DNA from: Phallusia mammillata
Taxonomy: Eukaryota
Assembly (NCBI GenBank): GCA_965637545.1
Contig: OZ281500.1
Coordinates: forward strand, 1,364,001 to 1,428,000
DNA length: 64,000 nucleotides
Direction: 5' to 3'
Shown: piece after piece, positions 51,783 to 64,000 of the stretch
Layout of the letters: every line of letters starts with the position of its first letter
Numbering within the stretch: position 1 is the stretch's first letter
Notes under the pieces: generated by a model
Databases searched by the model: none
What the model was told of the DNA's origin: nothing
Seen by the model: only the letters and a program-made list of their open reading frames with translations
Translations under genes and position numbers: made by a program

Positions 51783-54700
51783 CTACAGGGTATAATCATA
51801 ACTTCCATAAACACTGTCCACAAACTTGCTGTCTTCAAGAATGTAGCTAGTTATGTTGCTGCGGCTTGGACAGATTGCAGGATCATAACTGTACAAAAGA
51901 CCTAAAACACAAACAAGCATACATTTGTATCAATAGTTCTGATATATGAAATTAGGAGGACTAAGTTTATCGAAGCGCTTATAGGTGTTTTTTTGCTGGC
52001 CTTTGTAATGTTTAACCAAGTGTTGTTCATCCAGCAGTTTTATTATAAATAATCGACGTTTCAACGTCCTATACAAGACGCCTTCATCAGGATAATGACA
52101 TAACTTGCAGGACAAAACTCTTATATAGCGACAAAGTGCAAAACACACACGGATACATTATGCCTGGCAGCAATAGCCTATTTTTGTAATGTTTGTTAGT
52201 AGATTTTGGTAAGGCCAGCTTCTGTTACCTGGCTGGTTATTGGTCCAATCTCCAGTTTTCTTCTGTGTGAAGTAATGGACGTTGACTTTGTGTTCCTCTA
52301 AGTACTGTGTGTCTTTACGGGTCATTCCCCACCAAACCTGCAAATGAGATGCTTAAATCATTGTGAACTTTAGGAAGTTGTAGAGAAATGATTTTTCGGT
52401 TTATTTAACAACACTCCCGTGTTTCAATGGACTGTTTTCTTTAGAGCAGTGCTTTTTTAGCTTTTTATGTTATTTTTCAACCACTACCAAACCTCTTTAC
52501 AAGCTCCCCTAATCACTTTATTTCCATTTTCTGATATGAGGGTCTTTACTTTCGCCTCTTTTGCCGTATTGTTAAACCCAACTAAGTTCAGAAACGAGTG
52601 GAAAACTCAATGTTTTCGGATAATTAAGGTTTTCAATTACATTTTACCTTTATTGCGAGTCCACCTTGACAACCTTCTCCGGCATCTACCGCAATAACGT
52701 AACTACCAGGCAGAGGCTTCTGTATCGATGTTTCAGTTTTTTTGTCGTTCTGGAAACAAAATTTCAGTAAAGGGCGAAATTAAAATATGTTTGCACCAAC
52801 GTTAATTAGGAATAGACCGAGTATCAGTATGGACCTAGTCACGTGACAACTCTCGCTTGCAACTAGGTAGTTTTTGCGTGACGTAACTGTTGAACATCGC
52901 CCAGCCACTGTTTGGTTTCACGGCAAATCGACGCCAAAAGGTTTGAAGCCTTGATCGGTTTTAGCCTCGAGATGGCTTGATTTTTTTAAAGTTAATATCA
53001 TTGGGTTAAAACTTTTTGAACAATGCCTAATTACTACGTACAAGGGTCTCTACTGGGCATGTTTAATAATCTCGTTGTAATTGCAACCATAGGCATCCGC
53101 AGGGGAGAAATATTTTGCCAACCCACCACATACTTCAGTGATACTTAATATTGTGTTTACTGTATTACTTTGCTACATTGGGATTGTCAATAATGAGTAG
53201 CACTGTCAGATGATATTTGTTCTAAAATACCGTTTCTCGAGCGGCGATATGACGATAACATTGCCCTCCCCTGTTTGTTTGTTTTCCTGCGGACGCCCAT
53301 GATCGCAACAGTATTGGATGTTGGTTTACTTCTACAACATTGTCACTCACGTGGTTAGTTCCGTGGTAAAGATCGTCGAGACGCAGTTTCAGCATCCCTG
53401 CCACTTCTCCTTCTTCCCGCAATGATGATTTCCATTCGTTTTGCTCGATCCTGACGTCTGCGTAGCGAACAACGTCACACAATTACGTCACTGACTAGAA
53501 ACACGCTTTCTGACTTGCCTGTTTTCTTTGAAGTTTCTTTCGGGGCCAAGTCGTCTCCAAAGTCCACCGTGATATTTTCGTTCACTGCTATACATGCACC
53601 GCTGGAAAGTTTTTGAAGTTTAATTCTTTTTACGTTTGTTATGAAACTTGAAAACTTTGACTCGTCACTATATTAAGTCCCTGCTGGCGATACGTAATAG
53701 CGGCGAATCGGGTTTACTATGCACAGCCACTTTGTCAAGCTTTTTTTGTTCTAACCGGATTATGCGATTAGGCGGTGATTTCACCCACAGCATGAGTTTG
53801 GAGCCCATGTATGCAATTAAGCGGATTTTCCGGTTGTCAAATTTGTTTAACCGGATTTGACTGTGATAATGTTTCGGTTGATTGTAATTTCAAAGGGTCA
53901 AGAGACACTAGGTGTAAAAAATAGTGCTGCACATATCAAATAAGTATTGTTTAGAACTGAAAAAAGTTTAAGCTGTCCATAATTTTGCTAAATAACGTTG
54001 GACTTATTTTATTTCCTCGTTCTTGTAATGTCCGCCAGCGAACTGATTTATACTGCAGCTTTGGCCTTTGCCAATTTTGTGACTTAGTTTGTAGGGTTTT
54101 ACGCAAAATTGTCACAAAGAATATCTAAAACAGGGGTGAGATTAGAACCAACAACGTTTAGAACTCGTGGTTTAAAGCCAACTAGGAGCAAAGGATCCAC
54201 CACGGCTAAGACTTACGCGCCCAAGCCGTAGTTGAAAACCACACCAATCTCAGTTTTCCGCCATTGCCATGTTTGATTTTGAAAGAGCAAAAAGAAACCA
54301 TCATCCGGATCCGATTCATCGTCGTCCATATGCACGTGCCAGAACTGGAACGAAATAAATGGTATTTGCTCAACCTTCAGTTTAAAGCAGTGGTTCTCAA
54401 CCTTTTTTGACAAATTCCTTTCTTATCATTTTAAAACATTTTCATTCATACCTAATATACCACGTAGTAAACGCTGAACCATACCAAGATCATTTAAAAT
54501 TGGGCCTTTGATAAACGTCACAGTTATATCCCCAGAGCTAAAGTGTTTATTTATAAACCACATGTAAAAAATTAAAGTACATTTTTCCGTCAAGTTTTAA
54601 AATTCCTGCTCGGTTAGGAATCCCTGCATAGGCCTAACGAAGAAAATCGTCGTTTCGGAATTTTAGTTTAATATAAGATAAGACTACATTATCAATGTTT

Positions 54701-57490
54701 CTGTCAATGTTAACATTAACAGAAGATGTGGTCCGAGTTTTTGCGGAGTCAGTTATTCTTCTACTCACCGTCCAGTTTTGAACCGCACATGGGAAGTGTA
54801 CCCTCATCCGATATAAGCCAGGAGGAATTTGTAGAGGTCTGTGTAAAAATTAATGTTTTTGAAAAAAAATTAACTTTATGCAGAACACATTCTACAAACA
54901 AAATAATGACATATACTATATGCCATATAGCCTACTCGTGGCCGAATTCAACCTAATCTACCGACGCGTAAGATCAACTTGTTGAAACACCGGTACATGA
55001 CGCTTTTAGTATGGTGTGTGGCCACAGCGTGTACATTTAATGTTGCTCTCAGTGTACTCAGGAGCCTGTATGTATGCCCAGACACATGAATTTCTATGCT
55101 GTGCATAAACTAGTGTATGGCCATAGCTTGTATATCTAATGTTGCCCACAGTGGTCCTCAGTGTACTCAGAGAGCGCGTATATATGGTCAGACATGTGAA
55201 AATTAATGCTGCACATTAGCTGGTGTGTGGCCACAGCATGCACATCTTATGTTGCTCTCAGTGTCTCAGGGAGCCTGTATGTATGCCCACAGAGTATTTA
55301 AAAAGTTTGTGTGTATTCTGAAGCAGATGAAAAACTGTAACATTGAACATTTACCTGAAGATTGTTGCCTTTCCTTTCAGTCCACCTTGAGGTGATTCCC
55401 ACCAGTCGGTTACCCGTATTCCCGAACCATCAGTTCTCACTCTAAAAATGTAATAATTGTCAGATGTTTGTGGTCGTGTGGCTCCAATGTTTTAAAGTAA
55501 TCAAAACACCTTAATAATGTTTCGTCTGATGAACGGCCATCGTCGGAAATTGCCCGAACGTAAATCTTGTAGTAGGTCATCGTATCCAATCCCTCGATGT
55601 AAGCTGATATATCGTCCTTGCTTATATCAACCTCTAAAAAATGTACAGGATTTATCAGCTCGGGTCAAAGTTTTTACAGGCTATCGAAAAGCTTATTAAG
55701 TTTATGTAAACATAGTAAAACAGCTCAATTGTCGATTTCGCTGAAGTTTAAGTTTATCGGCCACACGCAGCATTTTGTTTCGACAAATCTAACCCACTTA
55801 CGACTTACCAATTGGGACGTCGTCATCGGTGGTGACGCGAACCTCGTATGACGACACATTCGTCCTTTTCCACTCGATTTCTATGGTGCCTGCGGTCGCT
55901 TCGAATACAGTGATGTCTTCAGGTGCCGCTAGGTCTGCAGATTCACGTGCAGAAACAACATGCAATAAATATACTGATTCTGCATGATCTCTATGCCGCC
56001 CAACAGCACTTCAACATGTTTGCTTTTTCAATTTGTGCTCGAAGCCGCTTATGGTTTTTTTTTCTACGAATCGTAGCTCAAAACCGGCGTATGTTGTGGC
56101 CTACAAACTGCTCTTATCATATCGTACGCATGCGAGTGATAAGAATGTAATGTATAACTTGGTTTATTGCACACGTTGAAAGTCAACTTGTCAAAGCGGT
56201 AGAGTCACAATTTTTGCGATGTTTCTACGTTGGCGAAAGAAGTGATTATTTTTGCAGTTTTAAGGAACCATTTGCAGGGGAATTCATATTCTGTATTCTG
56301 TCGAAGACTCGCAAATACATTGCCATGTTCGTTTGCTTACTGCTAGTTTGTTATTTGTTTAATTACCCGCAGATGAAATGCTTATGCAATTAAGGCCCAA
56401 TATGGCGTTGTGATTTCCTCATGCAACGCCTGCGGAGGTTCGAGGCGACCAAACCGGTTTTCTGATAATTCGGAAAGCTTCTAAGATTCTTATTGAGATA
56501 AGTCGCCCTGTTTTTCGCCCGATTATTTTTGGTAAATGCTAAAATATACTAACCACAAAAACTGCGTTGAAGACCTACAATTTAAACACGTTTTGTTGCA
56601 ATTGCAGTAGCCAGTAGTTATGTTTTGATTTCAAATTTACTGGTTAAACTCAAGTAAATGGGTTTGTAAATAGCAATTGTATTTACGAATGTTTAAATAT
56701 TAAAATGACTACGTTACTGGAGTGAGAATTTTAATCTTTGTAAAGCTATTCTAAATTTCTTGATTCCAAACTCATTTTTCACATTGAAACAATTCGAAAG
56801 ACAAGACAAGCGAGAGATATACCAGGGTATTGTGCTTACTTGTCACAAACTCGTGCGTGGCTTCTGCGCCGTCAGTTCCATTGAGGTCGCTTCCTCTGAT
56901 GCCAACCTCGTATAAGGTGTCAGCCATGAGACCCGCAAACGCCGCCTCTGCACTCTGCGATTCTGCCGCCTGAATTTGGTTGTTTGTAGCCGGGTCCGTT
57001 AAGCGAATCTAAATAAAATCAACGAATGGCGATTTTGTAAACTTGAATTCAATTACCTAAAGACTTTTAAAAGAGGTCGTAACGTGTAAAAACAAGACGC
57101 AATTAAAGTTGTCTTAAGCTTTAGAGTGATGGAATATTAACAACATTTCCTAATATGGTAACAACAGACACGGGCCTAAGAAGAAGCTTGATTTTTGCAC
57201 TGATTAATTATAACACTTATAACACCGGCTTTTGCAATGAAATGATTTTACTAGCTAACCGCTCTTTGGTATTTTTTCATTATGCTACTTAAAAAATGTA
57301 TGACGATTAAAAAATTATTTGCATGGCGTACCTTGTAGCCAGTGACGTCATCAATTGGGTCCCACGTGACGTAAACTGACCGTGACGTCACGTTGCTATG
57401 AATATTCGTGGGCGCCGCGTAGTTACCGAACGCTATCGGCAGGAAACAAGCCAAAAGTCCGATGAAAAATGACGCTTCTGTCCTTTTCAT
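51783..57490 (-). CDS. Secreted protein A: signal peptide + 2 FN3 + 2 CBM2-like domains; 12 exons: 57332-57490, 56840-57008, 55809-55934, 55510-55633, 55355-55441, 54769-54838, 54217-54344, 53519-53601, 53351-53457, 52648-52749, 52229-52337, 51783-51901 (460 aa)
   Basis: Signal peptide MKRTEASFFIGLLACFLPIAFG; FN3 patterns (VYVTWDPIDDVTGYKI...LMADTLYEVGI; IEIEWKRTNVSSYEV...GLDTMTYYKIYVRA); all phases close; exon-for-exon homology with gene B. Confidence 0.88.
52005..52181 (-). mobile_element. Family A copy with intact core (ribozyme 52049-52096), sense to gene A intron 11, with an inverted terminal segment at 52155-52181
   Basis: Minus: ATTATC-CTGATGAA-GGCGTCTT gtat AGGACGTT-GAAACGTC^-GATTAT; the family tail ATTATGCCTGGCAGCAATAGCCTAT sits on the plus strand at the other end. 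Confidence 0.75.
54130..54212 (-). mobile_element. Probable tRNA-derived SINE fragment (similar B-box fragments at ~14420, ~25395, ~61875)
   Basis: A-box-like TAGCCGTGGTGG and B-box-like GGTTCTAATC on minus; no complete cloverleaf. Confidence 0.35.
55005..55290 (-). repeat. Three ~100-110-bp tandem units, same family as 20826-21130 (gene A intron 5)
   Basis: GGTGTGTGGCCACAGCGTGTACATTTAATGTTGC is the reverse complement of the 20.8-kb unit. Confidence 0.75.
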
Positions 57491-58957
57491 TTTCGCACTG
57501 ATCTCTAATACGTGATAATAAAGTAGATCGCTGTGCTGCTGCAACAAACTAAAACGAATGGATTTTGAATTACAACTTTTGTACAACAGATTTGACCAAA
57601 CTAATTCTTGTTTAAACATATTTGCCGACAGCTTTTTGTTTAGCGGGTCAAATTTGCCTCTTTGATTAAAATATTCACGAGGGTCCTAACTCATTTACGA
57701 AGTCTACCGCTCGTTCAATATGATCCATATTTTTAATCGGTACCAACTTTCACTCATCTAGTCTTATATGTAGCATATATGTCTGATGCGACACTTGCTA
57801 ATAAACTCTAAACTGTTAGCGCGTTTATCTATCGCTGTCAAGTTTTAACTCTTTAAATAGTATTTTGACACAAACCGCTGCGGAAATCTTGTGCAATTAA
57901 ACTGGTCTTTGCTTAAACCGAGTTACAACGCTCCGAGCTACTCTCGCCCGTGAGGCTTTGCTGAAACGATTTCATGCAGATAAGATGGGTTTTCGTGGCG
58001 GATGTGTTTGTTATGATCGTGCCAGTTTGCACCTACTTCAGGGCGTCAGATTTGTTTTGCGATGGTTTAGTTCATGATAGGTTGTCGATAACATTACGTT
58101 TGAATTTGACCTTGATGACGAAAAAAATGACCTTTGAAACCATTTGTATAAGATCAGCACCTGATGTTTTTCATTTGATGTTGCCAACTAAACTCCAACT
58201 GCGTATTATCCGTGGTAAACATCCGTTTTTATTTAGTTTTTTCTGACCTGAGAGATTGTTTTTCACCAACATACAGAATTTCGTTGTCGAATGGTTTGTT
58301 TATTGGTACGTATTTTTGGCACACGTTAACGTCAGATAATAAATAGGTTAGGCCTGAAATTGGTGAAATAAGCGAAAGCATAATTAGAAAGGGCACATTT
58401 TAACCAATATTGTGTAAGCATACGTGAAATTTGGAGGGCAAAGAATGCAAGCAAACAATTCAGTTTTCAGAAAAACAAATTTAAAGTTCACATACTGGAT
58501 GTTTTGGCTTTATAACCAACGATAAGGTTATGATCTATTGTGTTAAATTTGAAACGAAAGGGTGGAACAATCAACAATCATTTTTAAACAGGTATGTTTT
58601 TGCGAAACATTCTTTGCCCTTTGGCAGCCAAAATTCGTTTTATTTAAAACAAATGTTACAAGATTTTGTTATTATTAGTTACATATTCGCATTTGTTACC
58701 CACAATATTATTAATATTTTGATGTTTTATAAATATTCGGGTATATGGGAGATTTTAACACGAGTTAGCTTAAAAAAAAACAGACAACAGCCAAAAAAGC
58801 AAGCATTAGCCGAAAAAACACACAAAGCAAAAATGATCATCGCCTTAAACCAAGCGAACCCTTGAATTAAAAAATTATTATCCAATGTCGAGTGCATTAA
58901 CATCATGAAATATCAGATAATTATTGAAAAAAGTGCTTGTGTTGTTTGGTGGTTGAT

Positions 58958-61900
58958 TTAGAAAGAGACTTCCTTGTCGGGTTCGTCCATAACCGCGTCA
59001 ACGATGGCTCCACCCAACATGGCTTGACCAGAGAAAGTGAACTGATTGTCGCAAACGGTTGCGTCGTAACCGTAAATGAAACCTGCGCGAAAATTAAATA
59101 CTATTGTATTCCAAGTCAAGTCAAGTCTAATTTGTTCGCATTGTCACTTTATCAAATTGCCATTGTCATACGGTTTCGTCAAACAGCAAGGACACCGGAT
59201 AAAAATATGGGTTATCGAGTCAAGTGTCCTGTTTTTTAAATGATGCTTGTAGTGTATATCAGCTGATTGCGGAGTAATTTTATGTGTGCAGTACGCATTG
59301 TCATGTACTATGTTTTCCAAGGTATAAGATTTTCTGGTAAAAGTTTCTGAACCTCAAACTATACGACCCTTATTTTTGGAATTCGATCGTACCTGGTTTG
59401 GCATTGTGCCACATGGTGTCATCTGCCTGAATGAAGTAAAGCATGTTGTCTGTGGCACCTGGCATAGTGGTGGTGTCCTTCAAGGTCATTCCCCATTGTT
59501 GCTGCAAAACAAAGGCGCCTTAGACTACAAGTTGAATATCATGTGATGGAATCCAGTCGTTAATTTTAGGCCAGGCATTGAGTTTACCTTGGATGCAAAA
59601 TTATGGTAAGCTTTGAGTGGAAGGAATTTCTCACAGCTTATGTTAACGTTTGTGTTGGGTTACAACGAAATCATTTAAAGTTAAACCCCACGTACCTTGA
59701 TCATGATACCTCCTGGACATCCTGGTCCGGTGTTGAGGGTGAGCACGAATGTTCCTGGGCCTGGTTTCTCAATGGTCTTGTTCTTAAAGACATCATCGCC
59801 CTGTACGTCATAAACAAATTGTTACAATCATGTGTTGGGATATAGCAGGGCTACTCAAATGGCAGACCGCGGTCTACATCTGGACCTTTGAGCCGTTGAT
59901 GTGGATCTTCGGCGCGCTTTTGATTATTACTGCATACACTTTTGCTGTGCACATTTCTGTATCAATTTAATTAAGACATGTTGCATTCGCATTTCTGAAA
60001 ATAGTGTCGGGACCTCGGAATTTTTAAACTTCTGTACTTTGACCTTTGAGAAAACTAATTGAGTATCCCTGGGATATTGTATTTTTAAAAATACACTGGA
60101 TCAGCATTTTGTGTTCAATGCGAGATAAGGTTTTACTGCTTACCCAGTTGACACCGTGGAACATTTTGTCAAGTCTGAACTTGCACCACCCAGCGGCGAA
60201 GGCAACTCCCTCGGTAATGTTCTGCCATTGGTATTGGTCAATTTCGATCTCTATGGATTGCAAAATAATTTTTTACTTTAAACAAAGCAAAACCGCCAAC
60301 AACTTGCCTATATTACTCTCTATACTTTACAAGTGATTGCTGAAAGTGCTTTAATTTGTGATTGATAAAAAAATTTTCATGTAAAGATATTGGTTGATTC
60401 GAAAAATACAGCATTAGCTCAAAATTTCTTTGCTTATTTGCTTACCTTTGGTGGTTCCTGGTGGTGTAGCCCCTGGGTTTCCGACCTCATCTCCGTATCT
60501 TACAACAATGCTGGTATTGACGAAGTCACAAGTCCTGTGAAAATCATGTTTCATTTGAAACGTTTCCCGGATTGGCCGAAAACAGTGAAACATGTATTGG
60601 CAAACGTATTAAAAGCCTAGCCTGCATAAAGTTTTATAACTAGGAGGTTGTTGCTCCTTTTTAACCACTTTGATGCGTTGTTTCTGATAAGGTTTGTTAC
60701 AAACTTTGAGGTATTCTAATTTGTCTCTAACATCGAGAAATAGTCAAGGACCGATTCGTTAACTTACATCTCTTCCTGGAAGATGAAGTTCATTCCAACT
60801 TCGGTTTTCCTCAACATCCAAGGTTTGGATTGTACGAGCTCGTAGTAGCCATTTTCTGGGTCGGATTGGTCCATATCTTGTTTAGCTCCCCAGAACTAAA
60901 ATGACAAAGCGGGATGTTAAAAAAGGCGGAATCAAAAATAATCACATTAACTCAAACTTTCAAACTGTATTTCGATTGTCCCAACCGAAAAAAATTCGCT
61001 TTAAATATCTATGTTACGGTATATTGCTGATAGAAAACATGCATTCTTGGAAAACATGCGCATTCCTTTGACCTGAGTGTAAGCTCGGGGTAAAAATACA
61101 GGACATAAAGTGTGCAGTGTGTGAGTAAGTGGACGGTATTAGAAACCCGAATAAGCACAGCCTAGAGGAGTGATTTTTAAGCTTTGTGTGATTGTCACTG
61201 CTTAAAGGAGTCTAAATCTCTATGCCGCGATGCATTGCTGTTTATGAAACTACTGACCTTGATGTATTGAACGGCACATGGGAGTTGGACACCGATCTTG
61301 TAGACGCCACTGGGAATGTTGACCGGTCTGCATAAACAAATAAAGTTGTTGTTGGTTTTTGTTACCACTCAATTTAGTTGTAGCAATTTAGCATTGTTGT
61401 GGTGTGATGTAGCTGACACCTTAGATTTGAAATTGTAACATGCCCGAGCCAAACATGCGTTGGAAACTTTAGGCCACTTTTCGTATTGCTTTGCTAGATT
61501 TCTTGTGGTAAATTGTGTTAAATCGTTTCTCAAAAGTTTTAACCCATCTTGGGCCTCGTTAAACCATTGTAGCATTGTAAGGTTGTTGAAATGGGCACTG
61601 ACCTGTAAATCATACCGATTCCACCGAAGATACCTGAGCTACCTGACCACCAGTTGGTAATACGAACACCGGTTCCCTCTGTCCTCAGTCTGTTGAAAAT
61701 TTACCAAATTAAAAGTTGGTTTCAAACAAATTGCTACAAATCGCTTTAGTTCAATTTTTGATCATTTGTGGAGAAAGAGAATTGCATTGTTTGAACGTTT
61801 TAAGCTGGTAATTTCGTTGCAAAATATTTTTCGTTATGTCTTATATCTCGTAGATTGAGCACACAGTGTTTGGTTGGATTCGAACCCGGAACCTAATGAT

Positions 61901-63037
61901 CTTACCTGATCATGGTTTCTTCTCCGTCGCCGTCGATTCCGACAGGTGTGATGAAGATGTCGTAGAAGGTGACGCCTTGAAGTCCGGTAATAAGAGCCGA
62001 GTTCTCACTTGGGATGATGTTCATTCCACCTAAAGTAACACAAAACGTTTTAACTATTTATTCAAATTTATGAACACATTCAGTCATTCATCCTTATGAA
62101 TTTATTATGTATATATTTCGCCCTTACAGCATCATCGGTAAAATGTTTTATTTTTTCTAGTTTTCTTTCTTTGCGACTTATAACGATTTCTATTTTCGTG
62201 TGAAATGTTTTTTTTTTGTGATGACGTACCCAATTCGTCATCTTCTGACGTCACACGGATGTCGTACTGGATCGAGTTGTTGACGGGTTGCCACATGATG
62301 TCGAATGAGGTGGTGGTAACTTCACGGACCACGATTCCGGTTACTTTACCGATCACTGATGGGATAAAAGAGTGTGTAAAAATCTTCAAACTTGTTAAAG
62401 ACACAAAACACTCCAATAACCATTGCTATGTACGAGAGTGTTGGACCTTTTAGCTATACTTGTGTAAAGTCTTAATGAAATTGGCTTAGTGGTACTTACA
62501 TGTGGTGAAGGTGAAGGTGTTTGGGGCGCTTTGGGTTTCGTTGCCATCGCTGGCTACCAAGCTACCGGTGTATGTAGTGGAAGGCATGAGGCTACCGAAG
62601 TTAGCTTTGTTCATGGTCACAGTCTCAGTTTGCCCGTTGTTGAGAGTAATCTGTAAAGAACATGATTAGTCATCATGACGTGGCAAAATACGACCACAAA
62701 ATAGATTTTGTTAAGGCTGTTACACTGGATATCGTTGCGAATTGCTTCTTGGGCGATTTGTAGTTTATCACGTTAAATAATCCAACTAATTTTGCCTTCA
62801 AGCCAGATAAAATGCTGCACAAATGGTTCTAGCAGATAAAACAGTTTTGGAAACGTAGTTTTGTGATTGTAACTTTGCACACATTCTCACCACATATTCT
62901 TTGGCTCCTTCGACAAGGTCCCATTCAAGTGCGACGCCAGAAGCGCGTTCGGTGATCGTCAGGTTTGCGGGAGTGTAGAGGAGGGCTTGAGCCGCGGAGG
63001 CAAAGGCAAAGAGAAGAATTGCTGCGTGAAATTTCAT
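58958..63037 (-). CDS. Secreted protein B, tandem paralogue of A; 12 exons: 62891-63037, 62500-62650, 62230-62355, 61906-62029, 61603-61689, 61258-61327, 60768-60895, 60446-60534, 60144-60250, 59696-59800, 59393-59501, 58958-59082 (455 aa)
   Basis: Signal peptide MKFHAAILLFAFASAAQA; two FN3 repeats; seven internal exons have the same sizes (126,124,87,70,128,107,109) and all intron phases match gene A. Confidence 0.9.
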
Positions 63038-63439
63038 CGCGTTTTTATTTGATACTGATTTATGCAAATCTGTGAAGAAATATACACAGTTAAATGAAGT
63101 TGCTTTGGCTGTTCTGCCGACTCAAGTCTCGATTTTTGTTGCCAATGGCGGGCCACTCGCATGAAAACTAGTTTCAACTTCCTGGCTACACAACGCTTCT
63201 CTGTGAAAAGTGGGTTACAGTCAGCTTCATACTGGAGTCAACACGCTAGTGTATCAGCTTCACAAAACCACAACGTAAAAGCCTTATGATATCGCCTTGA
63301 TGTTAGCAACAAAAAGTAGCCAAAAAACTGAGACTGACTTCGATAGGTTTCAATGCTGATCTTTTGAAGCAACTTTTCCTTTCTGTTGTCTCTCTTGCTG
63401 GTGAGCTTGTGTTGCTCTGTGACTTCCAATCCAACCACC

Positions 63440-63640
63440 GGGTCTTATATACCAGCAAGGACCTGTTTAATTTTGATAATTGTCGGCTGATTGGCCTTCA
63501 CATCCTCAGCGACAGCTAAGCGTTACGTAGGTTCGGGGGAAAGGTGTGGGTTAATTACGGTCACTAACTCACTGCTTCGAACAATTAACACGAAACTACC
63601 AAACCGAGAGAAAACTCGTGACCGAGATTGACCAATCAGC
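63440..63640 (-). promoter_or_regulatory. Probable core promoter of gene B
   Basis: TATATAAG on minus at ~63444-63451, CCAAT elements (GATTGG ~63489, CCAATC ~63633), candidate 5'UTR intron with donor GTCAGT (~63340) and acceptor TTCACAG (~63069). Confidence 0.45.
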
Positions 63641-64000
63641 GACGACTTGATCCGAACCTTAATTATATAACGCAGCGATTAATGGTGAAATTATTGGTGT
63701 CGGCCTCATTGTCTAAAACAGCGTTTTTCGGTCTCGCCGACACAAGGAAGCCCGCCCTATATTTTATTACGCGGCTAAGCTGCTTTAATCTTTCCCCCAC
63801 GAATACACATGAATTACGTGCCACGTTTACAGTAGGGTCGTCTTTGATTAGTTTTGGTCAAACACTGAATATACTCACCCACATAAACAGGTGGAATTAA
63901 ATGTTTACTGGTGCAGAGCACATTTTCTCCAATAAACATCACGTTTATTTTGCTTGTTGATCATGACGTAAGTGCTTTCAATTGTTAATTTTTAAGTTGG

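Noticed and set aside
55538-55575. CTGATGA...GAAA hammerhead-like string
   Set aside because: Antisense of a gene A coding exon; stem II and the cleavage triplet do not form.
61860-61900. tRNA gene suggested by the GGTTCGAATCC B-box
   Set aside because: No acceptor or anticodon stems; at most a SINE fragment.

Overview
Compact, AT-rich, intron-containing animal genomic DNA; short introns of 55-70 nt and the gene set suggest an invertebrate chordate, probably an ascidian (inference, not proven). Eight protein-coding genes were reconstructed by hand from GT-AG exon chains: RPL3 (-, hosting SNORD43-, SNORD83- and SNORD60-like snoRNAs and a probable poison 3' splice site), a KCTD8/12/16-type BTB+H1 gene (+), NARS2 (-) head-to-head with an ADAR2-type editase (+), NOLC1 (-) head-to-head with MRPL1 (+), and two tandem paralogues (-) encoding secreted signal peptide-FN3-FN3 proteins with two Trp-patterned, CBM2 (cellulose-binding)-like domains. 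Introns and intergenic DNA hold many hAT MITEs with 8-bp TSDs, Helentron/HINE-like elements and seven hammerhead-ribozyme motifs, five with intact cores. Best leads: (1) the FN3-CBM2-like tandem pair as candidate cellulose/tunic-binding proteins; (2) an ADAR2 with an N-terminal SAP domain and an optional mitochondrial-presequence-like extension; (3) intact hammerheads lying in the sense strand of host introns, including ADAR's own. The first ~8 kb could not be assigned to a gene.
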